Assembly: GCA_001304315.1 (NCBI GenBank)
Contig: LJUW01000001.1
Location: forward strand, 1-61,958
DNA length: 61,958 bases
Source: a candidate division Zixibacteria bacterium SM23_73_2
GTDB taxonomy: Bacteria > Zixibacteria > MSB-5A5 > SM23-73-2
Reading direction: 5' to 3'
This document shows positions 1-8,919 of this stretch, piece after piece. The notes beneath the pieces are model-generated. The model made no database searches. It was given only the letters and a program-made list of their open reading frames with translations, and was not told the DNA's origin. Made by a program: the position numbers and the translations under genes. Numbering within the stretch: the first letter of the stretch is position 1; every line of letters starts with the position of its first letter.

Positions 1-235
1 CATATATCATAGATACCCCGGTCACTATCTGGCTTCCGTGCGAGGTGTGAACATAGTAGATATGATAGAGATCACCTATAAACTCGATCACCGAATCGGG
101 AATACTTTCGAATTCAGAAACTGCCAGATGATCCGCAATGATTGCCTCGGCTTTTATTGAAGTTGATGAAAGTAGGAAACCAAACCACAACGATAGGACA
201 AAAATCACTGATAGCAAAATCTTCCTTTCTGTCAT
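1..235 (-). CDS. Secreted hypothetical protein, 5' part only (runs off the window edge)
   Basis: Not in the ORF track. Manual translation from ATG at 235 gives MTERKILLSVIFVLSLWFGFLLSSTSIKAEAIIADHLAVSEFESIPDSVIEFIGDLYHIYYVHTSHGSQIVTG, open to position 1. Sec-type signal (IKA-EA) and GGAGG RBS upstream. Confidence 0.8.
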   Translation of the reverse strand, partial: MTERKILLSVIFVLSLWFGFLLSSTSIKAEAIIADHLAVSEFESIPDSVIEFIGDLYHIYYVHTSHGSQIVTGVSMIY

Positions 236-462
236 TTTTCCTCCGAAGGTGGCTACTTCGGTTTCAGAATTCACTCTTTATTTAAATAAGGGTTTTCGCA
301 AACCTTTTCACTTTTCAATATTAATTTAACCCAATTTCCAGATTTGTCAATAGTGTTCACAATGAGTCATGCAGATACCAAAAAGAATTTTTTATCCCAT
401 TTGCTTAAAAAGACTTTCCCCACCTCGTATCAAAAAGAAGGAAAGCCCGAAGATAAAGTCTT

Positions 463-1374
463 ATGAATGGCAACAGATCAAGGGTAGTTTTAATCAAAAG
501 TAAAAAGGTGATAAATTCCTCTGGAAAGGTGGATTTGAATCTTCTGCAAAACATGGTAGCTAAAGGTTTAAGTTCTTTAACCTCAGAATCCGATTTCAGG
601 GATGCGATCTCACGCTTCTATTCTAAAAAACAGACCATCGGGATAAAGGTCAACTGCCTGGGAGGCAAAATGGTTGCCACCCATCCGGAACTGTGCATAA
701 CCACGGTAAATTTATTTGAGAAAGCAGGTTTTAATAAAAATAAATTCTTGGTCTGGGACAGGTCAAACCAGGAACTCAAGGAGGTGGGTTTTTCCGTGAA
801 CAGTAAAGGCAAAGATTTTTTGTGTTTCGGAACCGATGCTCAGGGCGTGGGTTACACCAGAGACCTTTTTGCCCACAAAGAGATCGGAAGCCTTTTCTCC
901 AGGATAATAACCGATTACACCGATGCCCAGATTAACATGCCGATCTTAAAAGACCACGCTCTTGCCGGGATAACCTGCGGAATGAAAAACTACTTCGGAG
1001 CAATCCACAACCCCAACAAATACCACGACAACGGGTGCGATCCCTTTGTGGCTGACCTTAACTCTATGCCCCAGATAAAGGATAAAAACAAGCTCGTGAT
1101 CTGCGATGCCTTGAGGATTCAATGCAACGGTGGCCCGGCATATCATCCTCAGTGGTCCGATCTTTACGGGGGCGTATTAATTGGCACCGATCCGGTGGCA
1201 GTAGACTATGTAGGCTACAGGATAATCGAAAGGATCAGAAAAAACCATAATCTATCTCCGCTGGAGAAATCAGGGAGAAAGCCGAACTACATCTTCACCG
1301 CAGCTGATAAGGAGCATAATTTGGGAAATGTCGGTCTGGAAAAAATAGATCTGGTGGAGATAAATTCAGGTTAA
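463..1374 (+). CDS. DUF362 domain-containing protein
   Basis: IGIKVNC, INMPILKDH, GITCGMKNYFG and GTDPVAVD motifs typical of DUF362. Ends 3 bp before the radical SAM gene. Confidence 0.85.
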   Translation: MNGNRSRVVLIKSKKVINSSGKVDLNLLQNMVAKGLSSLTSESDFRDAISRFYSKKQTIGIKVNCLGGKMVATHPELCITTVNLFEKAGFNKNKFLVWDRSNQELKEVGFSVNSKGKDFLCFGTDAQGVGYTRDLFAHKEIGSLFSRIITDYTDAQINMPILKDHALAGITCGMKNYFGAIHNPNKYHDNGCDPFVADLNSMPQIKDKNKLVICDALRIQCNGGPAYHPQWSDLYGGVLIGTDPVAVDYVGYRIIERIRKNHNLSPLEKSGRKPNYIFTAADKEHNLGNVGLEKIDLVEINSG

Positions 1375-1377
1375 TAT

Positions 1378-2529
1378 ATGTTCAGGATCAAAAGAAGAGA
1401 TTTTCTGAAGTATTCCATAGCAGCAACCGGTGGAATTTTGGCGCCGAAACTGCTGAATGATTTTTCGGTTCTGGAACATATCCCCCTGGCATATGCCCAG
1501 GAAAGAACCAACCAGCTTTCCAAAGTTGAGGCAAAATATTACGAAAAACTGAAACATAAGGAAATCAGATGTAAACTCTGCCCCCGGGAGTGTCTGGTTG
1601 GAGATAAGGAGAGGGGATACTGCGGGGTCAGGGAAAACCAGGAGGGCGTGTATTACACTCTGGTTCATTCGATCGTCTGCTCGGCCAATGTCGATCCCAT
1701 CGAGAAGAAACCCTTTTTCCATTTCCTTCCTGCGACCACAGCATTCTCAATAGCAACTGCAGGCTGTAACATGAACTGCAAATACTGCCAGAACTGGCAG
1801 ATCTCCCAGGTACGTCCCGAGCAGGTGGACAATTATCATCTTCCCCCGGAATTGGTAGCCGATTATGCCGAGCAAAAAGGGTGCAGGTCAATAGCCTATA
1901 CCTATTCCGAGCCGATAGTCTTCTACGAATACATGCTCGACTGCGCCAGGGAGGGAAAAAAAAGGGGTATCAAAAGCGCGGTCATAACCGCAGGGTACAT
2001 CAATCACGATCCTTTGGTGGAACTGTGCAAGGAAGTGGATGCCATAAAAATCGACTTCAAGGGATTCACCGAAGAATTTTATAAAAATATATGCAGATCA
2101 GAACTAAAACCGGTGATGGACAGATTGGTAGATCTTGCTAAAATTGGAATATGGTTCGAGCTGGTTTATCTTATGGTTCCAACTCTAAACGATGACATGA
2201 AGGACATAAAAAGGATGTGCAGGTGGATATTTAAGGATCTGGGGCCAAATGTTCCCCTGCACTTTTCCCGCTTCCACCCCACCTATCTTTTAAAAAACCT
2301 CCCCCCTACCCCGGTCTCCAGTCTGGAAAGAGCAAGGGAGACAGCTCTGGAAGCCGGATTGAGATACGTTTATATTGGCAACGTTTTCGGACACGAAGCG
2401 GAGAACACCTATTGTCCTAATTGCAAGAACAAAATTGTGGGGAGGAATGGTTATATAATTACCCAGATAAACATTAAGGATAAAAGGTGCAAATTCTGCG
2501 GTGAGATAATCCCCGGAGTGTGGGAGTAA
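1378..2529 (+). CDS. amrS: AmmeMemoRadiSam system radical SAM enzyme with N-terminal twin-arginine signal
   Basis: CNMNCKYC (CxxxCxxC), N-terminal CKLCPREC...CGVR, DPIEKKP, QNWQISQ, PLHFSRFHP, C-terminal CPNC...CKFC. KRRDFLK Tat motif. Confidence 0.9.
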   Translation: MFRIKRRDFLKYSIAATGGILAPKLLNDFSVLEHIPLAYAQERTNQLSKVEAKYYEKLKHKEIRCKLCPRECLVGDKERGYCGVRENQEGVYYTLVHSIVCSANVDPIEKKPFFHFLPATTAFSIATAGCNMNCKYCQNWQISQVRPEQVDNYHLPPELVADYAEQKGCRSIAYTYSEPIVFYEYMLDCAREGKKRGIKSAVITAGYINHDPLVELCKEVDAIKIDFKGFTEEFYKNICRSELKPVMDRLVDLAKIGIWFELVYLMVPTLNDDMKDIKRMCRWIFKDLGPNVPLHFSRFHPTYLLKNLPPTPVSSLERARETALEAGLRYVYIGNVFGHEAENTYCPNCKNKIVGRNGYIITQINIKDKRCKFCGEIIPGVWE

Positions 2530-2533
2530 CCGT

Positions 2534-2598
2534 TGATGCATCGGTATTAGGAAATACCGATGCGATTAGCTTCGGGAATTCCTATTCCCGAAGCATCA
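2534..2598. repeat. Inverted doublet of perfect hairpins (REPIN-like)
   Basis: GCATCGGTATT-agga-AATACCGATGC (2538-2563) and GCTTCGGGAAT-tcct-ATTCCCGAAGC (2569-2594), closed by TGATGC...GCATCA. Confidence 0.8.
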
Positions 2599-2622
2599 GA
2601 GATTCTTTTAAAGTAAAGCTCA

Positions 2623-2768
2623 AGGGATTGTTGAAAAACTGGAACTATCAAACTGTCATTCTGACCCCGCCCTTGGCGGGGGAAAAATCTCTATATAAAT
2701 CAAAGAGATTCTTCGGTCGTCCATCTGGACTCCCTCAGAACGACAGGGCAGGTTTTTTCAATACCCCT
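2623..2768. mobile_element. MITE-like palindromic element, copy 1
   Basis: Imperfect terminal inverted repeats AGGGATTGTTGAAAAAC / GTTTTTTCAATACCCCT around TGTCATTCTGA...AAATCTC...GAGATTCTTC...TCAGAACGACA. The core is shared with the elements at about 24.3 kb and 58.0 kb. Confidence 0.65.
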
Positions 2769-2875
2769 CAAGCCTTGTTTTCCAAAAACCTGCACAAATA
2801 AAGCCTGCTTTATTTTCCCCCTATTTCAAAATCGTTATCTAAAAAATTAGAATCCAAAAATTCAGTCTTTTTTAT

Positions 2876-2903
2876 TTGACCTCAAGAAAAAGAAAAATAT
2901 ATT
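2876..2903 (+). promoter_or_regulatory. Putative sigma70 promoter
   Basis: TTGACC-N16-TATATT about 75 bp upstream of the ATG at 2979. Confidence 0.4.
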
Positions 2904-2978
2904 TAAAAGAAGGATCTGACCATAGATTCTTTTTTTGGTAAACTGTTTTTATGGATTTCTGTCGATAAATTTTTTGAT

Positions 2979-5249
2979 ATGAGTTTTGACAAAATCCGTT
3001 TTATTTTAGCCTGCCTGATATTGGGTTTCTCCTCCATGGTTTCCCAGATAATTCTTTTCCGGGAGATGATAATCTCGTTTTTCGGAAACGAGCTTTGTTT
3101 GGGAGCTCTGCTTTTCGTCTGGCTTCTGTGGGTTGGGGTAGGCTCAAAGTTAGGTGAGAGACTCTACCCCAAAAACGCATCCTTCGGAACGCTTTTCCTG
3201 TGGTATCTTATCTGTTCATTCATTCTTCTTCTAACCATATTCGGGATTCGCTTTTCAAAAATCATATTAGGTATTATGCCCGGGGAGATAACCAGCTTTT
3301 TCCCCATGCTTTTCTCATCCTTTTTGCTTTTAAGCCCCCTCTGTCTTTTGTGGGGGATCATCTTCGTCTTGAATTCAAGGTTTTGGGAATTCAAAGGTCT
3401 TCCCTCTTTTCTGGTCAACCGGGTTTATCTCTGGGAATCCCTGGGAGCAGGCTTGGGAGGTCTTCTGACCACCTTCGTTTTCATCCCTTTTCTCTCCAAT
3501 TTCAAGATCATCTTCTGCCTTCTGGTCTTAAACCTGCTTTTATCCGCCCTGATTTTTTTCAACATCAAAAAGAAGTTGAAATCCTATATCTTTTCATTTT
3601 TAACCTGTGCTTTCATTCTGGTAGTTATTTTTCTGGGTATTGACAAAACCTTGGATGATTTTTCATTTTCCAAACTGTGGAGAGGATTTCCCATAATCTA
3701 CTCCGAGGACACCATCTACGGTAACATCTCGGTTACCAAAACAGAAGAACAGACCACCTTTTTCGAAAACGGCCTTATGCTTTTCTCCTACCCTGATCAG
3801 TACTCAGCTGAGGAGGCGGTGCTTTTTGCCCTTTCCCAGCACCCCCATCCCAAAAGACTGCTTTTGATCGGGGGTGGTCTGGGTGGTGCAATTGCCCAGG
3901 CTCAAAAAATAAAGGATATTAAAATCGACTACGTTGAGCTCGACTTCAAACTTATAGGAATCGCTAAAAGATTTTTACCTGAAGAGGAAATTTTATCCCT
4001 TGACAAAGCAGAAATCAAATTTACAGATGGAAGGCTCTATGTAAAAAATAAGACAAAGAAGATCGGTTATTTATACGATGTTGTGATTTTGAATTTACCC
4101 GACCCCTACACTACCCAGCTGAACAGATTCTACACCAAAGAATTCTTCAGGATGATAAAAATAATTTTAGATTTTGATGGAATATTCTCATTCCGGGTAA
4201 CCTCCCAGATAAATTATATCAGCTCCGAACAATCCCTGTATCTCTCAAGTTTGTATCGCACCTTAAGTGAAGTTTTTGAGAAGTTAGAGATCCTTCCCGG
4301 ACCAAATGCGATCTTTTTAGCATCCTCTCAAAGGGAACTGACATCAGACTGGGAAAAGATGGTAGCCAATCTAGAAAAAAATCATGTGGAAGCAGAATAT
4401 GTAAACCGCAACTTTCTTTTTGACCGACTCAATCCCCAGAGGATATCCAACCTAAAATCATCCGTTTTCTCGAAAAGCGGAAAGGTAAACACCGACTTAA
4501 AACCGATTTCATATTTCTACAACACCATACTCTGGAGCACCCAGCTCAATTCTTTTGAGAAGAAGATCTTTCTTATATTAAAAGATGTAAAAAGCATATG
4601 GTACCTTTTGATACCTTCACTTTTTTTCTTTGCATCTCTTTCCTTCTTCTATAAGAAAAAGACAAAATACCAGAATTTAGCATTATCTGCCATTTTCATA
4701 GTCGGCTTCTCAAACATCCTTTTGGAGATTTTAATCCTTTTATCCTATCAGATCTTCTATGGATACATCTATTCTAAAATCGGCTTGATATTAACCGCTT
4801 TTATGCTGGGACTTTCCGGGGGAGCCTTTCTTTTTGAGAGAAAAAGTAAAATTAAACCCCCGGATTTTAGATGGCTCTCCAAGCTTCAATTACTCCAGGT
4901 TATTCTCCCGCTTTCTTTGCTTTTTTTAATCAGTTATTTTTCAAAATCTCAGACCAAGGGCTTTTTGATAGAATCATCCCTTTTGATTTTGATTACCCTT
5001 TCAGGTATTTTAGAGGGTTTGGAATTCACCTCAGCCAATCATCTTTATATTAAGGAGATGGGTGAGAAAAACCTGGGGACAGGTTATTCAATTGACCTGC
5101 TCGGCTCAGCCTTAGGCTCTATTCTTGTGAGTGTAATCCTTGTTCCCCTTTTAGGAATTCCGCTGAGTCTTTTACTTGCAGCTTTTTTGAATTTCGTCTG
5201 TTTTATATTTCTGATGAGTTCAACCCTGGGAATCCCTTACGAGAGCTAA
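2979..5249 (+). CDS. Fused membrane (MFS-like) / spermidine-synthase-like SAM-binding protein
   Basis: Multi-TM N- and C-terminal regions flank a Rossmann domain (LLIGGGLGG, VELD, DGR, YDVVILNLPDP, FYTKEFF). YSIDLLGSALG motif near the C-terminus. Confidence 0.85.
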   Translation: MSFDKIRFILACLILGFSSMVSQIILFREMIISFFGNELCLGALLFVWLLWVGVGSKLGERLYPKNASFGTLFLWYLICSFILLLTIFGIRFSKIILGIMPGEITSFFPMLFSSFLLLSPLCLLWGIIFVLNSRFWEFKGLPSFLVNRVYLWESLGAGLGGLLTTFVFIPFLSNFKIIFCLLVLNLLLSALIFFNIKKKLKSYIFSFLTCAFILVVIFLGIDKTLDDFSFSKLWRGFPIIYSEDTIYGNISVTKTEEQTTFFENGLMLFSYPDQYSAEEAVLFALSQHPHPKRLLLIGGGLGGAIAQAQKIKDIKIDYVELDFKLIGIAKRFLPEEEILSLDKAEIKFTDGRLYVKNKTKKIGYLYDVVILNLPDPYTTQLNRFYTKEFFRMIKIILDFDGIFSFRVTSQINYISSEQSLYLSSLYRTLSEVFEKLEILPGPNAIFLASSQRELTSDWEKMVANLEKNHVEAEYVNRNFLFDRLNPQRISNLKSSVFSKSGKVNTDLKPISYFYNTILWSTQLNSFEKKIFLILKDVKSIWYLLIPSLFFFASLSFFYKKKTKYQNLALSAIFIVGFSNILLEILILLSYQIFYGYIYSKIGLILTAFMLGLSGGAFLFERKSKIKPPDFRWLSKLQLLQVILPLSLLFLISYFSKSQTKGFLIESSLLILITLSGILEGLEFTSANHLYIKEMGEKNLGTGYSIDLLGSALGSILVSVILVPLLGIPLSLLLAAFLNFVCFIFLMSSTLGIPYES

Positions 5250-5250
5250 A

Positions 5251-5342
5251 AAGAGCTACCGGGTGATTCTTCAAAAGTGAAAGAATCATCCGGGGGGTGA
5301 AAGACGTAGGACTTTCACTGAATTATGCACCCGGCGGCTCTT
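5251..5342. terminator. Structured region between convergent genes, probable bidirectional terminator
   Basis: AAGAGCTACCGGGTG (5251-5265) pairs with CACCCGGCGGCTCTT (5328-5342). Inner hairpins at 5259-5293 and 5297-5318. Confidence 0.55.
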
Positions 5343-5348
5343 GGCTTC

Positions 5349-5540
5349 TCAGCTGGCACGATGGGTGGCTTTCCCCTCAATCCCTTCCAGATTCTCGGGA
5401 AATCTCCTCATCCAGAAAGGCAAAAAACTTTTCTTCACCCGCAGGATTCTTTTCTTCTGAAAATCCCTTTCCCAAGATTTACCGCTTTTCTTTTTATCCG
5501 ATTCAAAAAACTTTTGGTTGGTTTTCAAAAATTGATCCAT
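5349..5540 (-). CDS. Small basic hypothetical protein (63 aa)
   Basis: Strong RBS (GAGGAGGGG) just before the ATG; same strand as the upstream operon; no recognised domain. Confidence 0.5.
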   Translation of the reverse strand: MDQFLKTNQKFFESDKKKSGKSWERDFQKKRILRVKKSFLPFWMRRFPENLEGIEGKATHRAS

Positions 5541-5621
5541 AAGCCCCTCCTCAAATTTAACTATTCAAAGTTGGTCCCGAACCTTTTAAGTTCTTAATCT
5601 CTGTAATTTAATCTTAAAATA

Positions 5622-6869
5622 TCAAAATGATAACCCGCTGGACAACAACACTCCCATACCCTTTCCCTTGCTTGGCCAGAGGGAGTTCTTTATGCTCATA
5701 CCCAAATCAATGAAGGAGTTCCCGATTTTAAATCCCAGACCCCAGCAGGTGGCAAATTTTTCCTTACCACCGAAGATCAGCCCCGATCTGAGCTTTAGCC
5801 ATGATAGCCAAGTAAACTCGGTGCCCAAAGACAATTTGGGTATCCTTGAACTGCCAGCGCTATTCTTAAAACCCTGCTCCAGATCAGTTGAAAGGGTTAG
5901 CTTATTAAGTTTGTAAGACACTCCCCCCTTTACGATCAAGGGGAGCTTGGAATTAAAAGATCCAATATCCTCAGTATAATCCTCTTCCAGGTAAACCGAA
6001 TCATCATCTGAGTTCTCAATGGTCAAGGAATCGGTTGAAATCCTGTACCACCTTTTTTGGGTTTTCTTATTCCATTTAATGCTGCTTAAGATATTAACCA
6101 GACACAATCCCACTGTTACCTTATCGCTTATAAAAGATCCCAATCCTAAATCAAAAGAATAACCGCTCCCCCCCTCTGCTGATTTCGCAGAGAAATATCC
6201 CTGGCCATGTATCCGATCCTTTTCGGTTTCGAAAAATCCGGATGATTCCGTTATCTTTTGATAGTAAATTCCCTTAATCCATTTGACATTAACTCCGGCA
6301 AACAGAGGTTTACTTTTAACACTTGCGATCTTCGTTGCTCCGGAAAAAGCCACCTCGAAAAAAACAAGCGCTTCCCCTCTGAGATCCGAAAGTTCGACTC
6401 TTTGATCAAGGGAGTTACCATTTAAAAGTATCTCCAGAGGCTCCTTGGGAAAGTTAAAATCAGAAACTCCCAAAACACGTGAGGCCAGGCCGAACTTGCC
6501 AATTTTCGCTCCTAAAAGAGATGCTCCTGCATCTCCGGAAAGAGAAAAGCCCTTTTCCGGAATTGCGGACAGAATATCATCCTTATCCCCCTGATCCAAA
6601 AACCTGCCATTGTAAGCATTGTAATCATTTAAACTGAAGCTGTTGTTTTCGATTTTAGCACCAAATGAGAGGAAGCTAAAGTATGAATTTTTACCAAAGC
6701 TTAAGAAAGCAGGATGTTCGAATATGGCTTCAGTCGACCTGGGCAGGGATGTATAGGCTCCTCCCAGACCTAATCCCCGGGCAGAGGATACCACCCAGGA
6801 TGAAGCTACCCCGGGAAGCAAGAAGATCAAAAGAAAGACTATCACAGCTCCCGCAAAGATTTTTTTCAT
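5622..6869 (-). CDS. Outer-membrane beta-barrel protein (FadL/PorV-like superfamily, DUF5723-like)
   Basis: Signal peptide, ARGLGLGGAY...EHPAFL N-terminal motif, alternating beta-strand pattern, C-terminal Phe (GLSF). Confidence 0.7.
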   Translation of the reverse strand: MKKIFAGAVIVFLLIFLLPGVASSWVVSSARGLGLGGAYTSLPRSTEAIFEHPAFLSFGKNSYFSFLSFGAKIENNSFSLNDYNAYNGRFLDQGDKDDILSAIPEKGFSLSGDAGASLLGAKIGKFGLASRVLGVSDFNFPKEPLEILLNGNSLDQRVELSDLRGEALVFFEVAFSGATKIASVKSKPLFAGVNVKWIKGIYYQKITESSGFFETEKDRIHGQGYFSAKSAEGGSGYSFDLGLGSFISDKVTVGLCLVNILSSIKWNKKTQKRWYRISTDSLTIENSDDDSVYLEEDYTEDIGSFNSKLPLIVKGGVSYKLNKLTLSTDLEQGFKNSAGSSRIPKLSLGTEFTWLSWLKLRSGLIFGGKEKFATCWGLGFKIGNSFIDLGMSIKNSLWPSKGKGMGVLLSSGLSF

Positions 6870-8872
6870 TTTATCTCCCCCATTTTTATCTCAGCTTCTA
6901 CGTAGGAGGTTATCTTCACGAAATCCTCGGGCACCACCTTTATTTTCTCGCCGTTGGTTCCCTCAAGGTGGATATATCCACCTATCCAGAAAGGTCTTTC
7001 TTCAAATATTTCCAGATCCTGTTTGTCCAATTCAATATTTTCATTCAAATAAGATGTATTAATCACAATCCCATTTTGATCTCTTTGACCGGAATTTACT
7101 CTCAAAGGTCCAATGATCAGATCAGGCTGGTTGTAGACATCCTCCGAATCCTTAAAAAGAAGCTCCACTGACAAACCCAGAGGAAGGTGGTTTTCTAATG
7201 AAATCACCAGATTTGCCCAGTTCACCCTCTGGTTCAAAAGCTTTCTGTTCTCCTCCTCAAGACTGTCGGAATCGGTGTCAAGCTCAACATCGTTGGAATC
7301 GAAGATCGCCTCGATAGGCGAAAAAATCTCCACTTTTCCCAGGACAAAGTCATCCCGAGTAATAGTGGCGCTGTTTTGTCCATCACCATACAAAGCCCTT
7401 CCGGATACGGTGATCTCATAGGGAACCGGATCAAAGAAATCATCCAAATCATCTTTTTGAATCAAGGTTGACACCGGGGCATAAGGATTTCCGGAAAAGA
7501 TATTCTCATCAATCTCAAGCTGTTGGCCCTGATCACCTATGAGCCTGACCGATAAAATCGCAGGAAGGGACACCCCATTTAGAATCTCAGCTTTCAGGTA
7601 AGCACCGGAGAGCTTTGCACTCTCAAAACCATCCGGAAGGTTAAGTGGTTCAGGTCCCCGATGTATTTCAACCTCAGTGGGAGAGAAAACCCCTGATATC
7701 TCTCTGAACTTCATCTGGTCGAATTTGACCTGGACTTGAATCGAATCTGAGCTTTTCACCTCAACCTGTTCTCCACCTGTTCCAGGGCTTTCGAAAACCC
7801 AATTCAGATCGAACTCCCCTTCTGTAACAGATCCAACCTGGTAACCATCTAAGAGAACCTCTACTTGATCTGAAGAAAAAGGAGATAGATTCCTGGTAAC
7901 ATATAAAGGATTTCCGTAATTTGTAAGGTGGGGCAAGGTAATCTGCAAACTCCCCCCTAGAGCTGTCCTATTACAAATCGAAAACACAACATTCCCCCTG
8001 TCTATCTCCCCGCTTTGTATGCTATGCTCCTTGGGAAGATAAAGCTTCTGGCTTTCACCTCTTGAAATCTCAGGAACTTGTGCTATTGCTTCTTTAACAT
8101 AGATCGAATCAGAAAAAGATAGTGACAGAGAAAGGTATTTATCCGCCAGGGTAAGAATAGTTCCTCCCGGAGTATGGGCTTTTATATCGAAAGACAAATT
8201 GTTTGAAAAATATTTCTCAGACAGATCCACCTGTTGAATCATGCTGGAATCATTTAAAATCATTTCAGGATATACAATCGTTGCTATTATCTGTGAGTTC
8301 TCCTCATCAACCAGATCAATACTTAAGGAGTCCAGATCCAGACCCAGATGGTTGGACACCATTATGAAAGCCTCCCCTTGATCCATGGCAACGAAAGTGA
8401 AGTTCTCAATTTTCTGAAGTTCCTCTTCAAGAAGAAAAGTAAACGGTGGAATTAAACCCAATTGCCCTCCATATATCTCGGATAAGAAAAACTCCGTTTC
8501 TTTAGTATCCGGAGGTGTGATATTAAATACTCCCAGGGTATCTGAAAAACTCTTTTCGGTTGAATCCAGGGTCAGAAGTTCTTCTGCTCTAATGGTATCC
8601 ATCTCGATTTTTTTATAAAAATAAGGATTACCCAGGCTGTCCAAAATCAGGGAAGGTTCCCCAAGCTCCTCTACGATTTTTCTCATGTCATAGGTTCTGC
8701 TGATCAAAGGAATTTTCAGCTTGGTGTTCCAGGTCGGGGATGACGGTTTTTTAATGGTACATTGAAGCAGGGTTAAAAAAATCAAAAAAAGAACAAAAAT
8801 CAAAAATCCCCAGACTAATGCCTTTATAAAAATATGAAAGCCATTATCCTTATTATCGTATTTTTTACTCAC
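6866..8872 (-). CDS. Large acidic beta-rich exported or membrane-anchored protein (possible lipoprotein)
   Basis: Likely start GTG at 8872 (AGGGGG RBS) rather than 9088. Hydrophobic segment ending LLQC, then PSSPTWNTKLKIPLI. ATGA overlap with the barrel gene. Confidence 0.7.
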   Translation of the reverse strand: MSKKYDNKDNGFHIFIKALVWGFLIFVLFLIFLTLLQCTIKKPSSPTWNTKLKIPLISRTYDMRKIVEELGEPSLILDSLGNPYFYKKIEMDTIRAEELLTLDSTEKSFSDTLGVFNITPPDTKETEFFLSEIYGGQLGLIPPFTFLLEEELQKIENFTFVAMDQGEAFIMVSNHLGLDLDSLSIDLVDEENSQIIATIVYPEMILNDSSMIQQVDLSEKYFSNNLSFDIKAHTPGGTILTLADKYLSLSLSFSDSIYVKEAIAQVPEISRGESQKLYLPKEHSIQSGEIDRGNVVFSICNRTALGGSLQITLPHLTNYGNPLYVTRNLSPFSSDQVEVLLDGYQVGSVTEGEFDLNWVFESPGTGGEQVEVKSSDSIQVQVKFDQMKFREISGVFSPTEVEIHRGPEPLNLPDGFESAKLSGAYLKAEILNGVSLPAILSVRLIGDQGQQLEIDENIFSGNPYAPVSTLIQKDDLDDFFDPVPYEITVSGRALYGDGQNSATITRDDFVLGKVEIFSPIEAIFDSNDVELDTDSDSLEEENRKLLNQRVNWANLVISLENHLPLGLSVELLFKDSEDVYNQPDLIIGPLRVNSGQRDQNGIVINTSYLNENIELDKQDLEIFEERPFWIGGYIHLEGTNGEKIKVVPEDFVKITSYVEAEIKMGEIK

Positions 8873-8919
8873 GAAACCCCCTATGCGGATGTTTTTGCAA
8901 ATGAAACCTAAATAATTAA

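Noticed and set aside
2520-2801. 93-aa ORF after amrS
   Set aside because: It runs through the hairpin doublet and MITE-like element; the translation is repeat-derived.
5280-5351. Selenocysteine readthrough of the TGA ending the 63-aa ORF, with the downstream hairpin as SECIS
   Set aside because: Readthrough adds only about 20 unremarkable residues before another TGA, and there is no redox-motif context.
5297-5597. Plus-strand ORFs 5297..5542 and 5325..5597
   Set aside because: They are antisense to the 63-aa ORF with the stronger RBS and start inside the structured region.
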